Made by a program: the position numbers and the translations under genes. This document shows positions 13,310-27,163 of a stretch of 64,000 nucleotides of DNA, piece by piece; position 1 is the stretch's first letter; every line of letters begins with the position of its first letter. The stretch covers positions 8,192,772 to 8,256,771 of the forward strand of contig CM119265.1 in NCBI GenBank assembly GCA_051294375.1, read 5' to 3'. The notes under the pieces are model-generated. The model searched no databases. It was not told the origin of the DNA and saw only the letters and a list, made by a program, of their open reading frames with translations. This DNA is from Paraspadella gotoi. Lineage: Eukaryota; Animalia; Chaetognatha.

Positions 13310-15257
13310 ATTTTACTCTCTCTCTCCCCCTCTCTCTTCCCCTTCTCTATCTCTCTTTTCTCCTTTCCTCCATTTTTTCGAACCCCCCACCCCTTCAACA
13401 TCCTCCACGGGCCCCTTCCTCCACCCCCTCCCTTCATAACTAACGCTCGTTTCCGCCAACTCGGGTCCATTTCTCACGCGGGAGAAAATATTGAAAGAAA
13501 CCATAGAACCAGGCGACGGACGGCGGAGACGACTGACGACGACGGACGACGACCGACGACGATCGGCTACGACCACGAATTGCGTGTTGGGCGTCCGGCG
13601 GAAGACGACAACAAGCGGCATAGACGAAGATTGAAATCTCTCTCTTTTTGCGAAGACGACAACAGCGGCATAGACGAAGATGACGACGATATTGATGATG
13701 ATTACGACGATGACGACGACAGTAGCAACGATGACGTGGAAGAGTGTGACGCCCGACGACGACGACGACGACGACGAAAGAGACGACGACCATCATTGCT
13801 CCCATTTCAATTACAAACTCGATATTTCATATCGAGCGAATGTCGACGGGGAAAAAGGAGAGTGATTGATGATCACCCAACACTCACCAAAACCTCACCC
13901 AAAACTGACCAGAGACCGTGAGCCTCATTCAGCTCAGGAAAAATAACCGCGGAACGACGACGACGACGACGAAGACGATGAAGTCGACGACGACGAAGTT
14001 GAAGACGTCGTTAGTATCGAGGAAGAGACGACGACAGCGACGACGACGACTACGACGACGACTCAAGGCGAAGCCAGTGAAAGCATTACCCACCATCACA
14101 ATCTATCTTTTTCCAATTAACAGTTTTCACTCGACAAAGTGATGAATCGTAGTCTCATTCGTCGTCGTCGTCGTCGTCGTCGTCGAAGTCGTCGTCGTCT
14201 GGGATATTTTCACCTGACGCCGTCAGAGGGAAAAAAAATATATGTTCTATTTCCACGAGGCGGCGTCTAAAAATAGAAACTAAGCAAAGAGGCGTGGCTC
14301 GATTGGGACGCGCGACTTTCGTCACCATTTCAACGTCTTTTGTTTTTTCTTTCTTTTTCTCCGATTGGTTGTACGAGATTTTTTTTTTATTTACACTTTG
14401 TTCGTTTACTTATTTCTGTTTACGTTTTTTTTTTCCATAATTGTTGCTTGTTTTTGCTTCTTGCACGTTTTTCTCAATTTTTATGAATTAGTGGATTGAC
14501 TTTGGTTTCTTCCCCCTTAAATTTCTCTTTTTTAATTTTGAATTAAATACTTATTTTCGCCAAATCGCTAATTTCTCTTTTTTTATCTTTTCTCTGATCT
14601 CTATTTTCGTCGGTCCGTGAATTGTAAATTGTAACTCTTTCATTGGGCATAAGTTAACTTTGACCACGACCATGACCAATGACCACTGACCACTGACCAC
14701 TGGTCAGTGACCATGCTCAGTGACCATGCTCTCCCAATTTTGTGCCTCATTTCTATATTTTGTTCATCCGTTTTCTCAATTTTTCTTTTCCCATTTCTTC
14801 TTTATATCCCTCCCCTTTTAGGTCTCAGTCATGCGTTCCCTTTTTTTTCCCTCTCGTATTTCTCTCTTTCCCTTCTCTTTTCTTCTCTCTTTCCCTTCTC
14901 TTTTCTTCCCTATTTCCCTTCTCTTTTCCCTTTTCTTTTTCTCCTCTTTCCTCTCGTTTTTTTTCGAGGCTAAACGTTTCCTTTTCGTCTGGCGAGAGAA
15001 ATACAATCTTTAGATATGCAAATCTGTGCTGCCATTTTTCATGCAAGCCAAATTTCCCTCCATATTCCGCTCTCCCCTTTTTTTTCTCCTTGGATTTTTT
15101 CGTAGTCGTCGTCATCGTCGTCGTTTTCGTCGTCGTCTTTATCCTGGAGTTTTAGAGAATTCTTTAAATTTTTTTTTTATTCCTTCACAAAACGATTTTT
15201 TTTTATTTTCTTTTTACTCTCAAGTTTCGGGCGGTTAAACTTTCGACAATTTTGGGG

Positions 15258-15317
<60 letters not shown>

Positions 15318-17874
15318 CCTCGTTGGACGAACTCTCCGCATATTCAGAAAAAAAAACAGAGTAAAATTTGGATGTTTTTTAAGCAAAGAAGTTAGGATGT
15401 GCAATTGGAGAAATTTGAACGTGCAAACTTGCAATGAAGAACCAGATATTCCCAGAGTAAGCAAACTATATTCGTTTCTAAGGGAATTAATTGAGAAAAA
15501 CCCGCAATCCCAACTCCTGCCTATTTTTTTTTTTTTTTTTTTTTNNNNNNNNNNNNNNNNNNNNNNNNNAGTTTTTTTTTAGTTTTTATATATGTTTTCT
15601 TTTCTTTTAATTATATTTTGTGTAATATATTTTAACTGCTTAGCGGAGGTTTTTTTTATTTAATTTGTTTTTTTTAAAATTAAAATAATTATTTATTTAT
15701 TATTTTTTATTTTTTTTTTAATTATTTAGCCGTGTCTGCGGCTCAAGTCGAACATCTCGAATAGTTATTTCTGGTTATCCTGAAAGATCTCATCGCAGTG
15801 CCTTGGCTGGTCTAGAATGGGTAACGACGTTATAATTTTTAATATTATATTTTAGATATTTATGACGATAGGCGGTGCACCTACTGCTGGCGGACTGCGA
15901 GTTTATTATTTTTAAAAAAGAAAATTAAATTTTTTTTAAAAATAAAAGTATAAAAATAAAATTTTTAATAAATCTAAAAAGATATAATATTTCTAATAAA
16001 TAAATTGTTAAATTTAGAACTGTTTTTTTTATTTTTATTTTAATTTAAAGTAGATTTTTTGGTAATTTGTTCTAAAAATTGGCGAGAAATCTTGACACGT
16101 GCAAAACTTGAATTAATGCAGATAATAGATTATTCCCAGAGTAAGCAAACTGTAATATTCGTTTGCATGAGTGGAGTTTTATTGAGATAAAATATAACAG
16201 CTAATTTTCCCTAACTCCTCCTATTTATTTGTGATTATTTTTTTATTATTTAGTTTATCATAAATCCATTTTACACCTTTTATAAAAAAATTCAGAATCT
16301 TTTTCCACCTTCCCAGATCTTTTGTGAAATTTCTTTCAATCCTTCAGTCATCTACACCGTTCGGAAAAAAACCCACCCTTCTCTCTCTCTTACTCTCTTC
16401 TCATCTCTCTCTTCTCTCTCTCTCTCCTCACTCTCCTCTCTCTCTCTCTCTCCTCTTTCTCTCTCTCTCTCGGGCCCGGATTTAATTGGATCATCGGTTG
16501 GAGGCGAAGATTTTGAAAGAAGTTCTTAACCTCAGGACGAATTATTCGCGACCCGCGGCTGAAAGGGGTGAGAACCGGCGGCGCCTTGGCCTGGGGAGTG
16601 GAGAGGGGGGCGAGGGGTGTGAGTGGGCGTGGCACAATTCGCCCCCTTTCACACTTTCGCCCTTCACTGACGCAGTCCCGCCCTCGTCACCTTCGTTTCT
16701 CGCCTATTTTCAATGTCCACGAGTTTTTTCCCTTTGAGTTTTCGTCTTTCTTGAAAGACGAAAATACGGAATTTTGCTGCGGTGCATGTCATAAAATACA
16801 CGGTCAAAGAAAGTCATAGCATATGATCAAAGGGAAATACTCGTGACGTCACTGCGGCGCAACACATTGGAATTACCGTTCTTGTTTTCTTCCTTTCTTG
16901 TATATTATCTTTCTTTCTATCTTTTTATCTTTTTTTCATAATTTCGTTCTTTCTTTTTTTTTTTCTTTTCTTCATTCCCATCTTTCTACCCCCGCCCAAG
17001 TCCTGACATTTATGAAAAATATTTGGGCGTCACCCATTTCCTCGTCGTCGTCGTCGTCGTCGTCGTCGACGTCGGACTCAATCCATCTTCCGGTCGAGGC
17101 GTTGATTCGCGTCTCGATTTCGCCGCCGAAAAAAGATGGCGTCTCCCTATCGACGACGACGACGACGACAAAAAAAGGGAAAAAAAGATAAATTGAATAT
17201 TTTTCTCTTTATCTTCGACGTCGTCGTCGTCGTCGTCGTCGATAATAATTTTTTTGCCCTGAAGAGGGCGAGAGGAAGGGGGCGGGGGGGGGCGATAGGA
17301 AATCTCAAAATATATTCCGGGTTAAGATCTAAGGACAATTTCGGGACATTCCGCTGGAGAAAACCGGCGCCTTTGAGTTCGAGGCGTCGCCAGACTGCCA
17401 GACTTTGTTTGGGACGAAAAAAAGGTCGGGGTTTAGGTGTAAGGATAAGGGTCGCAGCAGGAATTGGGTAAGGATAGAAGAAGGCGGAAGATTAAAGAGC
17501 CGAAAAGTAGTTGCGAGGAATTTAGCCGCGAGAGGAAGTCAGGGAGAGACTTTTGTTTCTGCAAACATTTCCAAGTCATTTTCCTCACTTTGCGCCGATC
17601 CCCAAGTCGTTGCTTCCCCCTAGCGTCGAGTTCCAAAAGCGATCGCCTCATCCTCGTCATCCCTTACCCTCACCACCCCACCCCTTACCCTCGACCTATC
17701 CCGCACGCCACACTGCCGCCCCACACCGGCACCCCCCGCGCCAAGGTTTGTTTATTCCTCCGAGATGCATTTAGCTCCAGACGTTCAAACCCATGAAATC
17801 AACTGTTTTAACGCAAGTTTTTGTTAAAAAAAAAGGGAGGAGAGCTCGACTAACAGAGAGAGAGAGAGAAGAAA

Positions 17875-17929
<55 letters not shown>

Positions 17930-17963
17930 TGAGAGGAGAGAGAGAGAGAGAGAGAGAGAGAAG

Positions 17964-17995
<32 letters not shown>

Positions 17996-18192
17996 ATACA
18001 AGGAAAACCAGAGACTAGAAAGGCAGATGAGTGAAGGAAAGATTAGCAGCTAACAAAAGCCAAAAGAAAAAGAAAACCTTTTTTTTTATAATTCTAATTT
18101 TGCGCCTTTTTCCCTCTTTTCTTTCTCGCGCAATTTCTCCGTCTCTCTGACTCTGTCTCAGTCGTTCTCTCTCTCTCTCCTTTTCTCTCTCT

Positions 18193-18233
<41 letters not shown>

Positions 18234-18518
18234 ACTCTCACTCTCTCTCTCTCTCTCCCGTTTTCTCCTCTCTCTCTCTGCCTCCGTTTACTAATATAAA
18301 CTGAAATGCACAAAAGAAAAAAGGAAAATTCTTAATGACGCCGTCGCCATTTATCAAAGAGGAAGGGGAGAAGGAGGAGGAGGAGGGGGGGGGAGGAGGG
18401 GGGAAACAAGAAATGAGTGGAAACGGAAAGAACGGGAAAGGGAAAAAAAAGAATAGAAATAAAAGAAAAGAAAGACAACATCATTAGCCATTATGCGAAC
18501 TGCATTTATATCTTCCAT

Positions 18519-18567
<49 letters not shown>

Positions 18568-21500
18568 TGCTGTCCGGTAAAAGCGTGGTGAGGTCTCGAA
18601 GGGTGAACTTGCTTAAGAATAATTTTAATAATTCAAAGTACAAACAAAGCATTAATTTGGAATTCATATTCAATTTTTAAATAGCCGTGTTGTTATAATG
18701 TTATAAAACATTTTTATCAGTTTTTTTTTCCTGACGAACATTAATTCTTCGTGATCAAAGTTGTGGTCGGGCTGTGGTCGAGTCGTGGTCGGGCTGTGGT
18801 CTCTCCACGTCGCCCCTCGGTTGACAGATAAAGCGGAAAAGATGGATTTTTTATGGTTCCTACGTGTTCGCCTGATGGGGACTACTGTGCCGGGTTCACA
18901 TAGTGTGCGTTTACTGTGCCAAACTGAATTCGTTTATTTATCGTTTGAATTCACTAAAACAGAAATTAATAAAGAGTTTACCGATTGTAAACGATAAAGT
19001 GTTGCCAGTAATTCTTTTAGACCGAAAAAGGATGAAAACTTGTACTTTATAAGACTTTTTTTTTCTCTTTTCCTTTTTTTTTCTTTATTCTACTTTTTTC
19101 TCTCTTTTCCATCTTCTTCTTCCTTTCCTCTTTCTTCTCCCTTTTCCCTTTTCTTTCTTTCCCCTTCCCCACTTCCCCGCCCTTCCTCCCTATTTCCCGA
19201 CACCATTTCTCTATTTTGATTTTGATTGTGGTCGGAAATGTTTCATGGCCCAAATACGGCCTCCCGGCGCGGGATGGCGTGGCGCCATTCTTTCCGTGGC
19301 GGCGAAGGACGAGGATGAGGATCAACCGGCGGGAAAAAAAATGACGAGTTGAGCCGCGAAAATGGATGAAGATGAGTTGAGAAAAGAAAAGGAATGAAAG
19401 GAGTTTAGAGATAAAAGGTGGAACCGAGTGGAACCCTGGAACCGGGTCAAAGCGATAAAAGACGAAACCGTTTCCGGCATCCATTAGGGTCTTCGTCGTC
19501 GTCGTCGTTGTCGTCGTCGATTGTACTTTTGTTTTTCTCGTCTCTTACTCAACCGAATGTTTGAGCGAAAATAAAGCGAATGGAAAAAAAAAGTAAAATA
19601 GCGTCTCTCTTTTCTCAAACGGTTCCGTTTTTTTTTTCTCGATCCGGTTTCGGACGATTTCGACTCTCGATCCTCGTCTTTTCCGCTGCTGTTTTGTTTT
19701 TCCACGAGATCGGAATTCTAATTACTCTCCTTCGCCGTTCACAGCGCTTCGGTTCGATGTTCTTTTTCCCGTTGTCCGTTCATCTTTCGTTCTTTAACTC
19801 GCAACGACAATTGTCGGCTGAATCTCAAAATATTGTTTAAAAAATGTCGATTCAAAACAATGAAAACAAAGCTCGATAGCGTTTAACTAATTAGCTCAAA
19901 TTTCAGATCGTACAATTATATCGTAGAACGTCGTATTAACTAATAGTAAATCGACATGTTGTATTTATAAAATAGTTTGAGCTAAGACAAATACCACGAC
20001 GTTCCTGTGTACCCAGTTTAGGCTAGATATCGTTTTTGTCGTAAAATTATTGTAAAAAAAAATTTTTTGAAATCTACAATTTATTTTTTCTATATTCGTG
20101 AATAAAAAACAATTTATTTTTTCACCATGGAAATGCGATACACCATAAAAATATTAAATGAGTAAAAGAAACTGTTGTAGCAAATAGAAGAAATAAACTT
20201 TTGGAATCAAAAATGGACGAAACTAGAAGAAAAGATTCGAAGAGGACATCACAAAATGGCGAGTTAATGTTAAAAAGATACAAAATTCACAATTTTCTGC
20301 ATTAAATTGTTATTGTTAAGGTTAAAAAGATTAGCACAAGTTCGTACAATAACTTCTTTCAACTTTATTTAAAAAAAAAAGACACCGAAGAAAAAGTCAA
20401 AAAGTCGGAGATCCCGTTGGCGGCCTCTACGGATCTCCGGACGAAACCCACCGCCTCCGAGGAGGCGCCTCCGAAGTCGGAATCGTCCGTCGGTCGAGCG
20501 GAGAAAGACCCAACCGCCGCCAGAGGCCAGTTGAGAAGGGATCGTTAGAAAGGCGGGGAATAAGGTTTGCGCGAATGACACGAGTTAAGTTTGTTAGAAT
20601 GTCCGTTTTGTCTCGGACGAGAATTCGGTCACGTTTTTTTATAATTCGCCAGTACTCTTGAATAAGTTACGGCCACGCCCACTGCAACACCAACACCCAC
20701 AACCACATCTACGCTCACAGCCACGCCCACAACCCTTCAGACTTCTACGCGGACTTCGCGGCCCGCTTCATCAGCCGCGTCCGCCTAAATCCCATCTGGA
20801 GCAGCGACGCCAAAGGCGACGAGGCCGACGCCGACCCAGAGTCGAGGATAGGAGTCGACAAGGCGGTCGACCGAGGGGTCGTCGAGCAGAGGAGCGAGAA
20901 AGGAGTCGAGTCGAGGGGAGGGAAAGTCGAGAAGTTGAAGATCGGATACGCGGACATCGTGAAGGAGGTCAAGGACACGGCGAGGCCTCCGAGGGATCAC
21001 AGGCAGAGGTGGAGAAGAGGGTCGGTCTGATGAAAGTCGGTGTGAAGGGAGTGGTCAGAGTCGTGAATCGTCACTCCTCTGGTTAAGTGAAAATCACGTT
21101 TTTTCGGTTTTTTTCTTTTCACCCAACGTTTTTCTCTGTCCGTTCCGACGACCGAGATAAGAGAAAATCTTCGCTTCTTCTTACGCTTCTTCCTCCGCTT
21201 CTTCTTCCGATTCTCTGACCTACAAACTCACCTCGTCCTTATTTTCTTGTTGTCTACGTCCTACGTTGTCCCCCCGTCTTTCCCCCCCCTCCATCGCCCC
21301 CGCTGACTTTCGATGACACGCATCCTCTTTCTCTTTCTACCTTCGTCACTTCCCACCCCCTTTCTCACCTCTCCACCCCCCTCAATTCCACCCCCCTCGC
21401 CCCCCTTCCCCGCTTCCCGCCTCGGTCGACGATCCATCTTCATTCATCTTGCGTCGTCGTTATCGTCGTCGTCGTCGTCGTCGTCGTAGGCCATTGAATC

Positions 21501-23673
21501 TCCGCAATAAAATAATCCACGGATTCTTCGACTCTTAATCATTTTCTTCCTCGAGTCGGAAGATTCGTGGATTCACCGACGAGAATGAGTGGAGAAAGGT
21601 TGAGCGTGATTCGGTCAAGTTGGAATCGTTGGTGAAACGAATTAAGCGGTTGTCCGGGTGTCCCTCTTGCCGCGGTTATTATCGTTGTCGGCTAGAAGAC
21701 AGTAGGCCCCTTCATCAGTCCTACCCTCACTTATCCGCTACCCCTACGAAATCCGCAATCAGGCGGACCAGCGGCGGCGGCGGCGGCAACTGCGGCGGCT
21801 TCGGCGGAGTCGGTGGCGGCGGCGTCGCCGCTAAAAACCGCGTGGTGTCCCTCGCGGAAATTCTCCGCCTTCGCCCGAGACTCATTCCTTGCATCGGGGC
21901 CGAGAGGGGCGAGAAAAAAGCGTCGGTTGGGGCGGCGGGGGCGGCTGCGTCGGGGGCGGCTGCCGCTGCTGCGGATGAGGGTGGCGAAGCAGCGGCGACG
22001 AAGGAGGAGGAGAAGAAAAAGGAAAAGGAGGAAAAGAAAGAAGAAGAGGAAGAAGAAGAAGTCGAAGGAGAAGAAGAAGAAAAAGAGGAAGAATCTTCGA
22101 GGAGGACGAGAAAGGTTTTCTTTTCGATCGTTGACCACCATTATCCCCCACGCCCTACCCACCACCGACCACCCTCGACCCTTTCAACCCATCTTCAAGT
22201 CGTCCCCCGCGTGGTGCGAACGAAAGTCCGACTCCGAGGACGCCTCCTCGCCGCCGCGCGTGGAACTTCCGCCGCTGCGTCACGCGCGGTCGTCTCGGCG
22301 TCACTCGTTCATCGCCGATGACGCCGTCCACGGAGGCGTCGCCGTTTCGCGGCAAAGGTGGCGTTGGAGGGGGGATTAGAGCGAGGGATGGCTGAGGACG
22401 ATGCGGCGGAATGATCGTCAGGAAAGAGGGCGGGTTCATAGTCGATTTTATCCCTGGATCCTTCCATCCGTCCATTATCTCCATCATTATCATTATTATT
22501 GTCATCATGATCATCACCGTCGTCATCATTATTATCATCCTCTTCCACCAGGAGAGACTTCGAGGTGACGTTTTCGGCGACGCCTCGACGAGAGAGTCGA
22601 ATCATGAAGATGTTCAAGGTGAAAATGGACGAAAAAATTGAAATGGATTTAAAAAAAAAAAAAAAGACCAAAATATAGACAAAAAAAGGGCAAAAAAATG
22701 GAGAGTCTGTTTTTCTTCCTCAGGGAAAAGCCGATTCTGAGAATCTGCGGTTGGAGGCGGGCGACCCTGGTTTCGCCGCGCCACCCGCTCGCTGCAGGTG
22801 CCGGCGACACCGGCGACGGCGATGCAGGTGCTGGAATTGAGGGAAAGAAGATGGTAGAGAGAGAAAGAGATTCAGGCTTCGTCTCCATTTCCTCCAGGAT
22901 GAACAGCATGGACACTCTCCAAGATGGCGTCTACCGCAGCGGAGAACGATTTCAGTTTCTACCGGAAGTCGAACTCTATCGACGGACGCTTTGGGAACTC
23001 GCCAAGTTCCAGTCTCTGTCGCCAGATGGCGATCAGGTCTTCGCTTTTTCTTTGTCTTTATCGTCGTCGATGGCCTTATGTTTGTTTCTTTGTTTTTTTG
23101 TTTTCCCGCGGGTTTTTTCGATTTCTCCCGCCGACGACAGAGGGCGGTCTTTGACCGAACCGGCCGACGTTCGCGGGGAGACGACGACGTCGCCGCGAAC
23201 GACGACGGAGATGGCGACGACAACGACGAAGCCGACGATGAAACCGACGACGACGATGACGACGACGATAGCGGCGACGAGAAAAAGCGTCGAATTTGCG
23301 AGAAACTCGATCTCGGCGCCCTTAAGGTTTTTATTCTAGGAAAAACAAAAGCGGGGGCCTTGGCCGGAAATTAGAAGCTGTGGTCGACGGAAATATATGA
23401 AACGGCGAGGACCGAGAAGCCGGAAATCGGCCGAGACTTTTTGACGGAAGGGCGGAGTGGAGGGGAGATTGGTCGATTCGTTTTGCCGCCGGGGTCTGGA
23501 ATGAGGGGTTAGGGGTGGGGCTGTAGACAATGAGGTGCGGGCGGCGGATAAAAAAGAAAGTCGCCAACGCTTCCCCGCGGCGAGACGCAATTGGGTTGTC
23601 CCGGGGCGCGCCACCTAATTCGTCGCGGGGTCGGGGGACCAAAAGGAGATAGATAGATGGATGGAGAGCGAGG

Positions 23674-23764
<91 letters not shown>

Positions 23765-23841
23765 AAGATAAGAAACAGACAGACAGCGGAAGAGATACAG
23801 ACAGGACAGAGACAGACAGGCAAACAGACAGCCAGAGAGAA

Positions 23842-23915
<74 letters not shown>

Positions 23916-24372
23916 AAGAAGATAAGAGTCAGACAGACTGGCAAACAGACAAACAGACAGCCAGAGAGAAAGAGAGAGAGAGAGAGAGAGAGTGAGAGAG
24001 ATGCTTTTTTTTCTCCTCGTTCGCTCAACTAATAAATCTTTCGTCTTTTGTTTGGGACTCGAATTCCGTTGAAAGCGACAAAGAAACGACCCTTTTTTTT
24101 TTTTTTCGCCTCCCCTCCCTCCTCCCCCCCCTTCCTCCCGCGCCTTCGATGATTCTTCTTTCCTTTTATTCCCTCTTCCTACCTTCCCTTTTCTTTTCTT
24201 CTCTCTCTTTCTCATAGTTTCCTTTTTGTTATCTTTTCCTTTTCCCCCAATCTCATTTCTCTCCTTCTTTCTTCTTTTAGTTTTTTCTCCTCTCGTCTCC
24301 TGCCTCAACTTGCATACTTTTCTTTCTTTCTTCACTTTTTACAGTGCTTAAATTATTTTCATCGGAAAGGGT

Positions 24373-24435
<63 letters not shown>

Positions 24436-25097
24436 GAGAGAGAGCAGAGAGAGAGAGAGAGAGAGTTCCCCTGAAGGAATCATCGGCGGCCCGATTTCGT
24501 TTGAAGACTCTTCTCTCTTGTATTCTCCTTCTTCTTCTTCGACTTTAATTTTTCATTCTTTCTCCTTCTTGTTTAAATCGTCTTTTCTTATTTCTCCTTC
24601 TTTTCTTATATCTCCTTCTTTGTCTGTTTCTTATCTCCTTCCGAGTCTTTCGTCTCGAATCGAAAAGGCGATCGTCGCGAGAATAAAAAAAAAAAAAGAT
24701 CGAGAAACGAAAAAGAAGAAAAAAAAGAAAGATTTCGAAGATGGCGCGACGGTTTTAAATCTGTAGGGGGCAGCGGAGAGGGAAGCGCCGTCTCGAGTTA
24801 AAACCTGAAACGAGCCTTTGTCGAAACTATTCGTCTGTCACCGCCGTCGTCGTCATTGTCGTCGTCATGACCTCCTCTTTGTCCTTCGACCTCGTTTTCG
24901 GTTTGTGGCGATGAACCGGAAATGTCTTTCTGACGTCAACGTCTCCTCGTTTTTTTGTCCTTTTTTTATTTTCTTTTTTTCTTCTTCTTTTTTTTTTTGT
25001 CATTTTGTTCATCTTCGGTGACTTCCTTCGTTTTTGCTTCGAGGCACTGATGTCGTATGAGTCGACCTTTGAACTTTTTTTTCTTTCTCTTTCTTTG

Positions 25098-25141
<44 letters not shown>

Positions 25142-25299
25142 AGTCTCAACCCTCGCTACTTTAATTATCTCCGCGGCCTCAGTTTTCGTCTTGTTTGAGT
25201 CGCTGCTGTGTCACTCTGTTTTGCAAAAAGAATTTTGACTCAAAGATGAGTGAGGTTAAAATACTAGGGAAGTGAGAGAGAGAAATTGTGTTAGGGGGA

Positions 25300-25442
<143 letters not shown>

Positions 25443-25538
25443 TATTTAAATGTTATGCTTCTTATTTGAAATATTGTTACAACAATGACTAATCTACAAT
25501 ATCCTCTTTTTTTCCCCCTTTCTCTTTTCCTTTTACAG

Positions 25539-26595
25539 ATGAACCGCCCTATTCAGGTCAAACCCGCTGACAGCGAGAACAGAGCCGGTAAGTTCGACCC
25601 TTTTACAAAATTTTTCACCCTCGTTTCGCGTCACCGGCCAAAATTGCTCGTTTTCCTAAAATTGTTTTACTTTTTTTTTTTCCTCTTTCCGTCTCAAACC
25701 GAAACGTTCCTTTGTTTCTTTTTTTCCTTCCATCCCGGGTGCCATCTTCCGACAGAGGATCGAAAACTCTTTGTTGGAATGCTCAATAAACAAATGACAG
25801 AAGACGACGTCCGTCAGATCTTCAACCCTTTCGGCACGATCGAGGAGTGCACCATCCTTCGAGGGCCAGACGGAGCCAGCAAAGGCTGTGCATTTGTCAA
25901 GTTTTCGTCGCACGCTGAAGCGCAAGCCGCTATCAATAACGGTGAGAGAGTAGTAGAGAAACGTAGTAGTTATCTATATAACTGGAAGCGCTACCAATAA
26001 GCTACTCTCGATAAGAGAAAGCGGTATTCCTGCAAAAAGAAGCCGCGAGGTTTTAACAACAACAACGACGTCGATGACATTAATGACACGAGGACGACAA
26101 CAACTTAACAACGACGACAACAAAGACTCTTAACGTCGGCGACACAGATTTCGCCTCTTTTTTTTTCGTAATGCGACGAAGACGACGACGACGAAAACGA
26201 CGACGAAGACCGTAATTACTACATAAAGGTTCGCATTTTTCGCCCCCAGGGTCCGGAAAAAAGAATCGCACCCCCCCCCCCATTATCTTTTCCTGCATCA
26301 TTTTCAATTCTGCCCACACATTATTTCCGCTTCCTCCGCTCTTCCCTCTCTTTTCTCTCTCGCTCTCCCTTCTTCGCTCTCTTGCTCTGTCATGCCTCTC
26401 TCTTCTCCTCACCTCCTCTCTCGTATTGCGAAGCGGCGATTTTCTCTCGCTCGTAACTACCGATTTGAGGAAAAAGAAAATCAAATTAATATCATTAATT
26501 AATTCTCCCCAACGATGAATTTATATGCTAATCCGCCTCTCAAAGGAGAGAGCAAGAGAGAGAAGGCAGAGAGAGAGAGAGAGAGGAGAGAGAAG

Positions 26596-26635
<40 letters not shown>

Positions 26636-27125
26636 AGAAGAGATGAGAGAGAGAGAGAGAGAGAGATGGCAACGAAGCCAACGTTCGAACTGACGGAGTT
26701 GGCGCCGTCGCTGATTCTGTAGGAACGCGCTTGTGTTACCATAGTTACGTGAAAAACGAAAAGCCGATTACCATAGCGACGGCAAAAGCGGTTTTCACTT
26801 GGTGTCGCTCGAGGCGGTCTCCACAGTGTCGTTGCCATAGAGACGCTCGATATATAATAAGCGGCGCTGAGTCCGTCTGGTTTTGACGTTTTCAATTTGC
26901 CTTCAATGTAAAACGACGACGACGAGAACGACGAAGGAAGACGACGACGACGACGATGACGACGACTAATGCGATAACGACGACCGCGACGCTGACGACC
27001 GCCACAGCAGGAAAGGACAGCCACGCGAACAACGACGACGACGACGACTAGCGCCACGAGTTTCGACGGTTATTTATCGTTTTTTCAACTCCCTTNNNNN
27101 NNNNNNNNNNNNNNNNNNNNTTTCT

Positions 27126-27163
<38 letters not shown>

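Noticed and set aside
14661-14731. (TGACCAC)n-like short array as a transcription-factor site cluster
   Set aside because: Indistinguishable from a simple minisatellite without functional data.
15570-16260. Very AT-rich stretch after a gap
   Set aside because: Its right part is a noisy direct copy of ~15400-15544; consistent with unpolished read sequence.
24915-24938. ETS (ACCGGAAAT) plus CRE (TGACGTCA) pair; other CREs at 16844 and ~55628
   Set aside because: Short motifs, expected by chance in CpG/GAC-rich DNA.
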